Of a DNA stretch of 61,601 nucleotides, positions 1 to 7,918 are shown piece after piece. Source of the stretch: a bacterium (lineage in GTDB: Bacteria > Bacillota_I > Bacilli_A > RF39 > UBA660); contig JAQXPH010000010.1 of assembly GCA_029100545.1 (NCBI GenBank), forward strand, positions 1-61,601. Direction: 5' to 3'. The position numbers and the translations under genes were made by a program. The notes below the pieces were generated by a model. The model saw nothing but the letters and a program-made list of their open reading frames with translations. It did not search any database and was not told where the DNA came from. Every line of letters begins with the position of its first letter. Position 1 is the first letter of the stretch.

Positions 1-1716
1 AGTATTATTTAAATTTTCATAATTAATAAATCTTCCATGTGAAAAATTCTTTTTCTCATGAATTATGCAATTAAATATACCAGATTCAATAATTTTACTT
101 TCTAAATCATAACAAGCTGTATCAGTATAATCACCGCGAAACAAATTTAATACTTTGTGTTCTCTCATCTTCATTATTATATCTTTATTAATTATATTTT
201 CTATTTTTTTATTCCAATTATTAATTGATTTTTTAATAAATTTTTCAATATCAACATTGTAGTTGGCCTTTTCAAGATAATGTTTTAAAAATATTGCCGC
301 TGGAGCAACTGCACCCTCAAATGATAAAAATCCACGTTCTTTTCCTTTATTAGATGAAGTTCTATAACTCAAAATATTTTTCTTTAAAATTCCAGTTTTT
401 AGTACAATATTTTGTAATTCTCCTTTAGTAACAATATATATATTTTCCTTGTTTAAATCTTTAACACTTGTAATAATATCATTTGTTGTTCCAGAATATG
501 AAAATAATACTACCTTATCTATATTATTATTATTTCTATATAAAACATCTCTAGGATACATTGAATATGTATTACATCCATATAACAAATTTATAATTTT
601 AGCAGCAAAATAAGCTCCAGCATATGAGCCGCCAGTTCCAATAAATAAACAATTATTATTTTCATTAAAAATAATATCCTCAATTTTACTACTTGCTGAG
701 GAGTTAATTGCATTAATAATTCTTGTTTCAAGATTATTTATATTTATATTACAACGTTTGATTTTTTTTCTTTCATTATATATAAAATTTTCACAAGTAC
801 ATTCGTTATCTATCTTTTTTACTTTAAATAATGTATTAATATGTCCCCTTGCTCCCATTTTAGAAACAACTTTAGCTGTTAATTTGCTTGAATTTTCATA
901 CCATTTTTCAAACATGTCTTTATTATAGACAAAATTGTTTTTTATACAATCTCTTATTATACTAGAGATAAAAGCGTCACCAGCACCTGTAGGATCTATA
1001 ACCTTGCCTTTACTTCTTAATTCAAAATTGTACTTTTTTCCTTCGCTAACAAAAGTTGCACCATTTTCACCACGTGTAATAGTCATAAAATTTGGATTTA
1101 AAATATTATATAAATCTGCATCATTATTTAAATTTAATCTCTTTATTAAATATTTTGATACTCGCTCATTAAAATTAATAATTTCAAATTTACTATTTAG
1201 CTTATCTATTATTTCATTATCAGATATATTTTCTAATTCAAAATATTGTCCTAAATCAATTATTTTTCTATTATTAGTGTTATCAATCAGTATTTGGTTT
1301 TTATCATTTAAACTATCAAATATCAAAATATCATCATCATTGATATTTTTTTTAATATTATCCGTATTAATCAAACTATTTTCATACCACTTTTTATTAT
1401 TACAAAAAGGGCATCTTTTTTTTGAAGCAAATGATAGCTTACCATCATTGTCAAAGTATGATACATGAAAACATCTAGTCCTCACATCATCTAAAATTAT
1501 AATATTCTTTACATCTACACCTAATTTTTCAAGACTTTTAATTGCTATTTCACCTTGCATATCCTTCCCACATGTACCAAACACTGTTGTTTTAATACCC
1601 ATTTTTGCCAAATTAGCAATAATATTATGAGAAGTCATTCCACCATTTATACCAAGAAGTTTTTCATTCTTATAATAATAATCTGTTACAAGATCACCTA
1701 TGCTAACTACTCTCAT
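1..1716 (-). CDS. PfkB-family carbohydrate kinase fused to two SIS (sugar isomerase) domains; 3'-partial (>572 aa, runs off window)
   Basis: Not in ORF track; translated by hand. ATG at 1714-1716 overlaps upstream TGA (ATGA). MRVVSIGDLVTD..GINGGMTSHNIIANLAKMG..FGTCGKDMQG, PfkB signature VIDPTGAGDAF (about 970-1003), then SIS motifs FIGTGGSYAGA, FSYSGTT, DLESKIIESG..NFSHGR. No stop across the kinase-SIS linker (721-900) and the same frame reaches base 1. Confidence 0.85.
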   Translation of the reverse strand, partial: MRVVSIGDLVTDYYYKNEKLLGINGGMTSHNIIANLAKMGIKTTVFGTCGKDMQGEIAIKSLEKLGVDVKNIIILDDVRTRCFHVSYFDNDGKLSFASKKRCPFCNNKKWYENSLINTDNIKKNINDDDILIFDSLNDKNQILIDNTNNRKIIDLGQYFELENISDNEIIDKLNSKFEIINFNERVSKYLIKRLNLNNDADLYNILNPNFMTITRGENGATFVSEGKKYNFELRSKGKVIDPTGAGDAFISSIIRDCIKNNFVYNKDMFEKWYENSSKLTAKVVSKMGARGHINTLFKVKKIDNECTCENFIYNERKKIKRCNININNLETRIINAINSSASSKIEDIIFNENNNCLFIGTGGSYAGAYFAAKIINLLYGCNTYSMYPRDVLYRNNNNIDKVVLFSYSGTTNDIITSVKDLNKENIYIVTKGELQNIVLKTGILKKNILSYRTSSNKGKERGFLSFEGAVAPAAIFLKHYLEKANYNVDIEKFIKKSINNWNKKIENIINKDIIMKMREHKVLNLFRGDYTDTACYDLESKIIESGIFNCIIHEKKNFSHGRFINYENLNNT

Positions 1717-4049
1717 TTTATAATACTCCTTCTATATTCTCCTACTTCACTTTTTTCATTATAATCGTGGTTTTTTATTAAGCACTCTATTATCTTTTTC
1801 CTATTTAGATCAAATACACCAAGAGAGTCGGTATAATCAACTTCTCCATTTTCTTTTTTCCAATTATTATCTTTCCAACTATATGAACTACTAAAACATA
1901 ATCCATATATGTAATTAAAGAATAAATTATAATCAACTGCTGATGGATTATCTAAAAACATTTGATCAATTCTATTAATACTAGGATACCTGACAATACA
2001 AATATTATTAACACTAATATTACAATCATATAACGAATTAATAGCAAGTTGCAATGTCTTTCCTGTTAAAACATTATCATCAAATAAATCCACATTTGAA
2101 TTTTCAAAAATTTCAGAATTCATTAAACCGCCGAAATCTCTAATATTAAATTTCCTTAAATCTAAAAGTTGTTTATTTGTATATCCAGATACTTCCTTAT
2201 TAAATTTTAATAGTATTATTTTATCAATCCTGTTTTGATCAATTATTTTAGCTAATAGTGGAAGTTCTATACCACCATAACTTAGGCCACATGCATTTGC
2301 AAATTTATTACTATCACATTTTTCTTTATATAAAGATACAGCAATATAGTTTTCTGCAAAATTATCAATTTCTCTATAAGCTCTGTAATTCTTAGAATAA
2401 TCTTTAGCATCATCATTGTTTAGTTCTTGTGTCATGTTATTAAGTAATACTTCTTTTGTACTATTTATTATTTCAATGATATTTTCCTTATCAACAATGT
2501 ATTGATTTTCAAAACATATTTTACCCATTAATTTCTCTATTTCCATAATAGTAGCATACAATATGTTATTAGTATTTTCACCTTCTAAAGAAATATCTAA
2601 TAAAATATTTTTATCAAAATAGTTAGACACTAAATAATGATTAATTAAAACTAGTAAAACATTTCTACAATTATCCAAAATTCCTAATAATAGTTTTTTA
2701 TTAATTTGATTATTTAAGTCTTCAGTAGATAAAACTGCATTTATAGAATCATCTAAGAATCTTACATTATTCTCATACCAACTTATTACATCTTTTTTAG
2801 AAGTAACATCTTTTCTATTAATACTTAACCTATTTGATATAAAATAGTAATAAGTCTTTGATCCCCTAAGAAGAAAATTGTTATTGTCTCTTAATGAATA
2901 CATTAATGATTCATTTTCTGAAGATAGCCAAAAATCTTTTAAAGGACTATTTTGTAATAGTTCCATCTCATACATTGGAATAATTATACTTCCACTTTCT
3001 TTATCAAATAAATCATCAATCCCGTTACAATTATTGAAGCTACTGCCTATCATATTATTATATTTTTTTAAAAGTACTTGTCTTCCTGTTACAATATTAC
3101 CTTCAACTCTTGCAAAATTATGTTTATAAGTATCTTTTTCTGCTTTTTCCAACGATACAGTTGGTAAAATCATAGCACTTTTTACCAATTGTAATGTTGC
3201 ATCTACTCCTTTTAGAATGTTCCCATACTCATCAAAGATTGGAAAACATGAATTATAAGAACCACTTGTTTTATCAACACTATAGCCTTGATTACAGTTT
3301 AGCATTGCATAATCATTACCACGTTGATCTCCACAATCTCCAATTCTAATCATAGAATTTTGAGGTACGCCTATTATTTTTTCTGTTCTTTCAATTGCTT
3401 GATCTTTAGTGGCAGTGCCTATCTGAATAACAGAATTATTTTTGTATACGCCTCTTGTTAAATGAATACTATTTAAACCATTCTTTATTACATATCTATC
3501 TATATTATCAAATATTGAATTAATTATTCCATCATTATGAATATTAAATACCATTCTTATATTTAAAATTTGATTTGTTTTTAAATCTTTAGAGTAAGTT
3601 ATATCAAAATAATCACTTTTGTCTAATTTATTTTTAATTTTCTTAATAATTTGGTCTACTATTAGTAATTGATTTAATTCTACTTCTGTTGTTATATAAA
3701 CATTTTCACCTAAAAACTCTTTTTGTGAAATTGCATTACTATAAAATAATCTTGCACCATCATTTGTCAAAACATATATTCTTTTCATATCACTATCAGT
3801 AATACTAGCACTAGTTTTTATTCGTGGATAAATATCACATTTTAAATCTTCCAATCCTGTTTCACCACGACCTGTTATAAATACAACTGGTATTTTCCTT
3901 GCTAGTAATTCAATAATCATGTCTATTGCTTTATCATCAATATTTTTAGTGTTTTTAGTAGTTAATGTGCCATCAATGTCAAAACATACTGCATTATATT
4001 TTTGTTCTAATGATTTAAAATAATTTTCAAACAAAATATTTCTTTCCAT
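1713..4049 (-). CDS. HAD-IIB (Cof/PMM-like) phosphatase fused via a helical region to a C-terminal type I phosphoribosyltransferase domain
   Basis: HAD motifs FDIDGTL, ITGRG, K, IGDCGDQRGNDYAML; C-terminal CGLSYGGIELP and PRPP-binding loop VDLFDDNVLTGKTL. Confidence 0.8.
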   Translation of the reverse strand: MERNILFENYFKSLEQKYNAVCFDIDGTLTTKNTKNIDDKAIDMIIELLARKIPVVFITGRGETGLEDLKCDIYPRIKTSASITDSDMKRIYVLTNDGARLFYSNAISQKEFLGENVYITTEVELNQLLIVDQIIKKIKNKLDKSDYFDITYSKDLKTNQILNIRMVFNIHNDGIINSIFDNIDRYVIKNGLNSIHLTRGVYKNNSVIQIGTATKDQAIERTEKIIGVPQNSMIRIGDCGDQRGNDYAMLNCNQGYSVDKTSGSYNSCFPIFDEYGNILKGVDATLQLVKSAMILPTVSLEKAEKDTYKHNFARVEGNIVTGRQVLLKKYNNMIGSSFNNCNGIDDLFDKESGSIIIPMYEMELLQNSPLKDFWLSSENESLMYSLRDNNNFLLRGSKTYYYFISNRLSINRKDVTSKKDVISWYENNVRFLDDSINAVLSTEDLNNQINKKLLLGILDNCRNVLLVLINHYLVSNYFDKNILLDISLEGENTNNILYATIMEIEKLMGKICFENQYIVDKENIIEIINSTKEVLLNNMTQELNNDDAKDYSKNYRAYREIDNFAENYIAVSLYKEKCDSNKFANACGLSYGGIELPLLAKIIDQNRIDKIILLKFNKEVSGYTNKQLLDLRKFNIRDFGGLMNSEIFENSNVDLFDDNVLTGKTLQLAINSLYDCNISVNNICIVRYPSINRIDQMFLDNPSAVDYNLFFNYIYGLCFSSSYSWKDNNWKKENGEVDYTDSLGVFDLNRKKIIECLIKNHDYNEKSEVGEYRRSIIK

Positions 4050-4054
4050 ACTAT

Positions 4055-4570
4055 CTACCTCTTTAACAAAAACTCTAAGCTCTTAACTTTTTCATCAGTA
4101 TCATTATCAATTGTTGGGTCAAAAATCAAACCTCTTCCTCCATTTTCAATCCATCTCTTAATATTCTTTTTAGAATCATCAATTAACAATTGATTATTTG
4201 GAATTACTACTTGATGTTTTTTTACACCAGGTGGAACAAAAATCACCGGGCATAAAATTTCCAAACTTTTTCTCAATACTTCCATTTTTACTTTCATTTC
4301 TTGAAGTGTATGAATTTTTGTTAAAATTGCTATCTTCCTTTTTAAACTTTCAAGTTCTTTTATTATTTCAACAGAATTATTGATTGACGTAGCTTCTTTT
4401 ATGATATAATCCCATTCTTCCGGATGTAAATTTGTATATTCAAAATATGCATCAAATTCAATCTCATTTTTATGATCATGAAGCCCTAAATCATATTTTC
4501 TTTCTAACATTCTTTCTTCAGAATCTAGTATTACTCCATCAAAATCAATAAATGTATAATCAGTTGTCAT
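4055..4570 (-). CDS. HAD-superfamily 5'(3')-deoxyribonucleotidase-like (NT5C-like) phosphatase
   Basis: FIDFDGVILD, IAILTK, LLIDDSKKNIKRWIENGGRG. Start moved to ATG 4570 (alternative 4576) behind AAGGGGGA; the track start at 4606 lies in the promoter. Confidence 0.7.
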   Translation of the reverse strand: MTTDYTFIDFDGVILDSEERMLERKYDLGLHDHKNEIEFDAYFEYTNLHPEEWDYIIKEATSINNSVEIIKELESLKRKIAILTKIHTLQEMKVKMEVLRKSLEILCPVIFVPPGVKKHQVVIPNNQLLIDDSKKNIKRWIENGGRGLIFDPTIDNDTDEKVKSLEFLLKR

Positions 4571-4587
4571 AACCATATTCCCCCTTA

Positions 4588-4620
4588 AATACATTATAAC
4601 ACACAAAATTGAAATATTTC
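4588..4620 (-). promoter_or_regulatory. Extended -10 promoter (TGTTATAAT) of the HAD/PRTase/PfkB operon with palindrome GAAATATTTC near the -35 position
   Basis: TATAAT at 4593-4598 preceded by TGT; no TTGACA; perfect 10-bp palindrome at 4611-4620. Confidence 0.55.
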
Positions 4621-4627
4621 GTCTTTT

Positions 4628-5218
4628 TTATTTAATATTATTAATTCTTTTTAATTCAAAGTGCCTTATATCATTTCTTAATTCGCAAAATGCCGTAACA
4701 TAATAGTTATCTTTATATTTAAATAAATGAAGTGGATGAATTATTCTTTTTGATTGTCCACCATCAATATCATTATAAACTATTTCAATTTTATCATTTT
4801 TATTTATAGCAGCTTCAATCAATTTTTCAATCTCACCTGATGCACGTAAGTTTATATTTGAAATATATTTACTTTTCTCATCATAAATTGAATACATTTT
4901 TTTCGCTTTTTCTAAAAGTTCTTTAAGCTTATCTAAATATTTAAAATCACTCTTTAATAATAAATTATATATATTTTCTAATAATTGAATATCATATTTG
5001 TTAATGCTGGTATAATTTTTAATTTTGTCTATCATAAAGTATCCACCATTTGGTCCTTTAAATGATTCAATTGCAATTCCATTAGCACAAATTTCACTTT
5101 TATAATAGCGTATCATTCTTTCAGTTACACCTATTTTTTCTGATAATTCTTTTAATGTATAAATGTTTCCTGTATTTAATAAATCTATCATATACATCAT
5201 ATTTGATAATTTACCCAT
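4628..5218 (-). CDS. HTH-WYL domain transcriptional regulator (short, no WCX domain)
   Basis: N-terminal wHTH (TLKELSEKIGVTERMIRYY..GPNGGY); WYL domain IEIVY..SKRIIHPLHL..NYYVTAFCELRNDIRHFELKRI. Confidence 0.9.
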   Translation of the reverse strand: MGKLSNMMYMIDLLNTGNIYTLKELSEKIGVTERMIRYYKSEICANGIAIESFKGPNGGYFMIDKIKNYTSINKYDIQLLENIYNLLLKSDFKYLDKLKELLEKAKKMYSIYDEKSKYISNINLRASGEIEKLIEAAINKNDKIEIVYNDIDGGQSKRIIHPLHLFKYKDNYYVTAFCELRNDIRHFELKRINNIK

Positions 5219-5234
5219 AACATCACCTATCTAC

Positions 5235-5250
5235 AATACATTATAACACA
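5235..5250 (-). promoter_or_regulatory. Extended -10 promoter of WYL gene
   Basis: TGTGTTATAATGTATT upstream of AGGTGA RBS; same 16-mer as at 4588-4603. Confidence 0.55.
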
Positions 5251-5294
5251 AAAAGTTAAGTTTTTACTTAGAGTTATGCAGATATAACATTCTC

Positions 5295-5673
5295 TTATAT
5301 TATCTTTTTATAAATTGATATGACATATAAATCCATACAATCAGAATTTTTATCATATATGACATTATTAATAATTGGAATCATATGATAAAAATTTTTC
5401 TTATCATAACAGAACACAATATATGAATAATTATCTATTTTTAAATCTTTAACTTTAATATTCCCATCACAATTAACTTTAATAATATTATTATCTTCAA
5501 AGTATTTTTCAAATACTGGAATATCATTAAATGAAGAACAATTTAATTCTTTTGCAACTTTACATAAGCTATTATGAACATCATCATATTCTGTATTTAA
5601 AATCTTACATAAACTTCTTATTACGCAATTACTTTTACCATTTTTATCTGATATAAAATTCTTTAAATGTCAT
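5295..5673 (-). pseudogene. Frameshifted small protein (NCVIRSL...HMIPIINNVIYD; possible papain-like Cys/His fold)
   Basis: ATG 1 nt after the upstream stop gives MTFKEFYIR*; a shifted frame continues SDKNGKSNCVIRSLCKIL...YKKII* to TAA at 5295; span 379 nt = 3n+1. Confidence 0.7.
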
Positions 5674-5674
5674 A

Positions 5675-6163
5675 TTAATCTCCAATCTTTTTTATATTTG
5701 TATACATCCTTGAATGATATCCATTTCTATCATAAAATCTAATAGCATTTACATTATAAGCAAATACATCTACTAAAACATATTCACATCCTACTGATTT
5801 AAAATATTCTTCCATTTTAGAGATAAGCATATTACCTATACCCTTACTTCTTGCATTTTTAGAAACTATTAACTCAGTTATTTCACCACGTTTAGGGCAT
5901 TTATAGTCAAGATAGTCATATAGATCATATGGAAATATACACCCCATAATCAATCCTATTACTTTATCATTCTCAACAGCCAAATAACATTTACCATTAT
6001 TATTTTTTACTTCTTCTAAATCTAGAACTGCCATTTTATCTCTATATTCTGGATGAACTTGATCTAAGTTATCTTTATCTATTGAAACAATATATTCTTC
6101 AAGTTCAACTAATAAATTCTTTATATCTTCTAAATATTTATCTTCATATTCAATTATTTTCAT
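5675..6163 (-). CDS. GNAT family N-acetyltransferase
   Basis: ITELIVSKNARSKGIGNMLI acetyl-CoA motif; NVNAIRFYDRNGY. Confidence 0.9.
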   Translation of the reverse strand: MKIIEYEDKYLEDIKNLLVELEEYIVSIDKDNLDQVHPEYRDKMAVLDLEEVKNNNGKCYLAVENDKVIGLIMGCIFPYDLYDYLDYKCPKRGEITELIVSKNARSKGIGNMLISKMEEYFKSVGCEYVLVDVFAYNVNAIRFYDRNGYHSRMYTNIKKIGD

Positions 6164-6761
6164 TATTAAAATAATCCTCTCTTGTTAATTCATATTTAGA
6201 AAAAGTTAATAATTCATCATAAAAGGTATAAGGTGATTCTTCTATTACTTCACCAACTTTATTAAATCCTAATTTTTCAAATATTCTACAAGATGCAGTG
6301 TTATCTTTTACTGCACCAGAAGAAATTTCTATTATTTCTACTTCTTTAAACATATAATCTATCATTGCTTTAGCTGCTTCAGTTGCATAACCTTTTCCTT
6401 GATAAGTAGGATCCATATACCAACCTACATCACGAATAGTTATATCTTCTCCGTTTTCTTGAGCAGATACTTGTCCTATTATTTCTTCATAACCACTATT
6501 TGTGTATTTAGGTTTCAAAAATACACTCCATACAAATATATCATTATTATTTGATTTAAGAACTTTAGACTTATAAAACTTCTTTTGATTTTCCCAAGTC
6601 CAATGTTCAGGATTATTTGCAAGTTTTTTAGCACCTGTTAAATACCATTTATTTACATCTGGTATCATTAATATCTCCCATAATCTTTTTTGTTCTTCCA
6701 TCTTAGAGCTTCTTAAAATTAATCTTTCTGTTTCTATTGTTTTACTTCCAATCAGATTCAT
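6150..6761 (-). CDS. RimJ/RimL-type GNAT acetyltransferase
   Basis: IETERLILR, VGWYMDPTYQGKGYATEA, NTASCRIFEKLGF. Confidence 0.9.
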   Translation of the reverse strand: MNLIGSKTIETERLILRSSKMEEQKRLWEILMIPDVNKWYLTGAKKLANNPEHWTWENQKKFYKSKVLKSNNNDIFVWSVFLKPKYTNSGYEEIIGQVSAQENGEDITIRDVGWYMDPTYQGKGYATEAAKAMIDYMFKEVEIIEISSGAVKDNTASCRIFEKLGFNKVGEVIEESPYTFYDELLTFSKYELTREDYFNNENN

Positions 6762-6772
6762 TCTAAATCACC

Positions 6773-6910
6773 TCAATTAAACTTTTCTATTACTTCAAAT
6801 ATTTCAAATATTACTTTAGTTTCATCATTAAAATTAGAATCTATTTTACTAAAGTAAGTTTTATGCACTTTTCTCCATTCTTCTAAAGAATTATCTTATC
6901 ATTCAAGTTT
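6773..6910 (-). pseudogene. C-terminal remnant of an ASCH-domain protein
   Basis: Reads KLE**DNSLEEWRKVHKTYFSKIDSNFNDETKVIFEIFEVIEKFN*, matching the EGEGDxSLxxWRxxH..F.V C-terminus of ASCH proteins; no start codon, two in-frame stops. Confidence 0.7.
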
Positions 6911-6911
6911 A

Positions 6912-7667
6912 TTATACACGTGTATTACCCCACCAATCAGGAATTAATTCTTCTAATTTTACAATTTCTTTAGTATTAATATCTTTTAATATTTCAACAT
7001 TTTTACTATTTTTAGATAGCTGCATCATATATTCTCTACATGCTCCACAAGGTGAACCAACATTACCTTTTGAATCAACACATACTAGTTTTATAATTTC
7101 ATTTTCACCATTTGTAATCATATTAGCAATAGCATTTCGCTCTCCACACATGCCAAGTGTTGATGCAGTATCAATGCATACTCCTGTATAAATATTATGG
7201 TTTTTAGTAAGTATTGTTGCTCCTACTCCTCCTGCACTAATCATACCTGATACATCTCTTGGATTTCTTACATTTTTTGCCTTTTCATATAGTTCTTCCC
7301 AAACAGTATTTTCACTATATAAATATTCAATATGAATAGCATATACACCATTTTTCTTAATAGCTTCTTCATATCCATCTAATTTACTTACATTTTTAAT
7401 TGCTTCTTCTTTATCATTAGTAGATGAAGTTGTATATCTTGTTCCTTCTAAAGTAAATAATTCTTCTAAAGAATTATAATGATTTACTTCTTTAACTTTA
7501 ACATAAAATACACCTAAATTATCACTAGTAAATTCTATAATATCATTTTGTTTTAGCTTACTATAATCATGTTCACTATTTTCTTTGTTTGCTCTTATTT
7601 CTACTCTCTTTGTTTTATTTTTAATAGCTAGAGCTGCTCTATCATTAATATTTAATTTCATTATCAT
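6912..7667 (-). CDS. ASCH domain - cytidine deaminase (blasticidin-S deaminase-like) fusion
   Basis: N-term IKNKTKRVEIR..NDIIEF..VKVKEVNHYNSLEELF (ASCH/PUA-like); C-term Zn motifs MCGERNAI and SPCGACRE. Confidence 0.8.
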   Translation of the reverse strand: MIMKLNINDRAALAIKNKTKRVEIRANKENSEHDYSKLKQNDIIEFTSDNLGVFYVKVKEVNHYNSLEELFTLEGTRYTTSSTNDKEEAIKNVSKLDGYEEAIKKNGVYAIHIEYLYSENTVWEELYEKAKNVRNPRDVSGMISAGGVGATILTKNHNIYTGVCIDTASTLGMCGERNAIANMITNGENEIIKLVCVDSKGNVGSPCGACREYMMQLSKNSKNVEILKDINTKEIVKLEELIPDWWGNTRV

Positions 7668-7684
7668 TTTAATATCCTCCTAAC

Positions 7685-7712
7685 AAAAAATTCTGCATAA
7701 TGCAGAATTAAT
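7685..7712 (-). terminator. Attenuator terminator hairpin
   Basis: AATTCTGCA-TTA-TGCAGAATT followed by a T run, immediately before the AGGAGG RBS of the ASCH-deaminase gene. Confidence 0.75.
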
Positions 7713-7734
7713 TTTATAATCAAAAAGAATATTC

Positions 7735-7800
7735 CTAAAAGTTTAATAAAATAGGAGTAGTGATTAATTCTGCATTATTTATAACTTGTAAATTTTTCAT
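7735..7800 (-). CDS. Leader peptide MKNLQVINNAELITTPILLNF (21 aa)
   Basis: Strong RBS AAGGAGGGTG; contains a 16-nt segment (7763-7778) perfectly complementary to the 5' arm of the downstream terminator; promoter TTTACA-17-TATATT with TG upstream (7839-7867). Confidence 0.7.
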   Translation of the reverse strand: MKNLQVINNAELITTPILLNF

Positions 7801-7918
7801 TTTAATCACCCTCCTTTCTTTGAATAATTTACACTAATAATATATCATAAAAATATTACTTTGTAAATTATACCAATATTTTATATATAATACTTTAAAA
7901 TATAAGTTTTATATGAAG

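Noticed and set aside
935-4383. Plus-strand ORFs 935-1468, 1555-1764, 2878-3129, 4198-4383
   Set aside because: Antisense shadows of motif-bearing minus-strand genes; low-complexity F/L/S/I composition and no convincing RBS.
6896-6901. Stop-codon reassignment suggested by in-frame TGA TAA in the ASCH remnant
   Set aside because: TGA, TAA and TAG all end conserved genes normally elsewhere in the window; the fragment also lacks its 5' end.
5295-7667. Integron cassette array
   Set aside because: Genes abut or overlap with no room for attC sites, and no IntI is visible.
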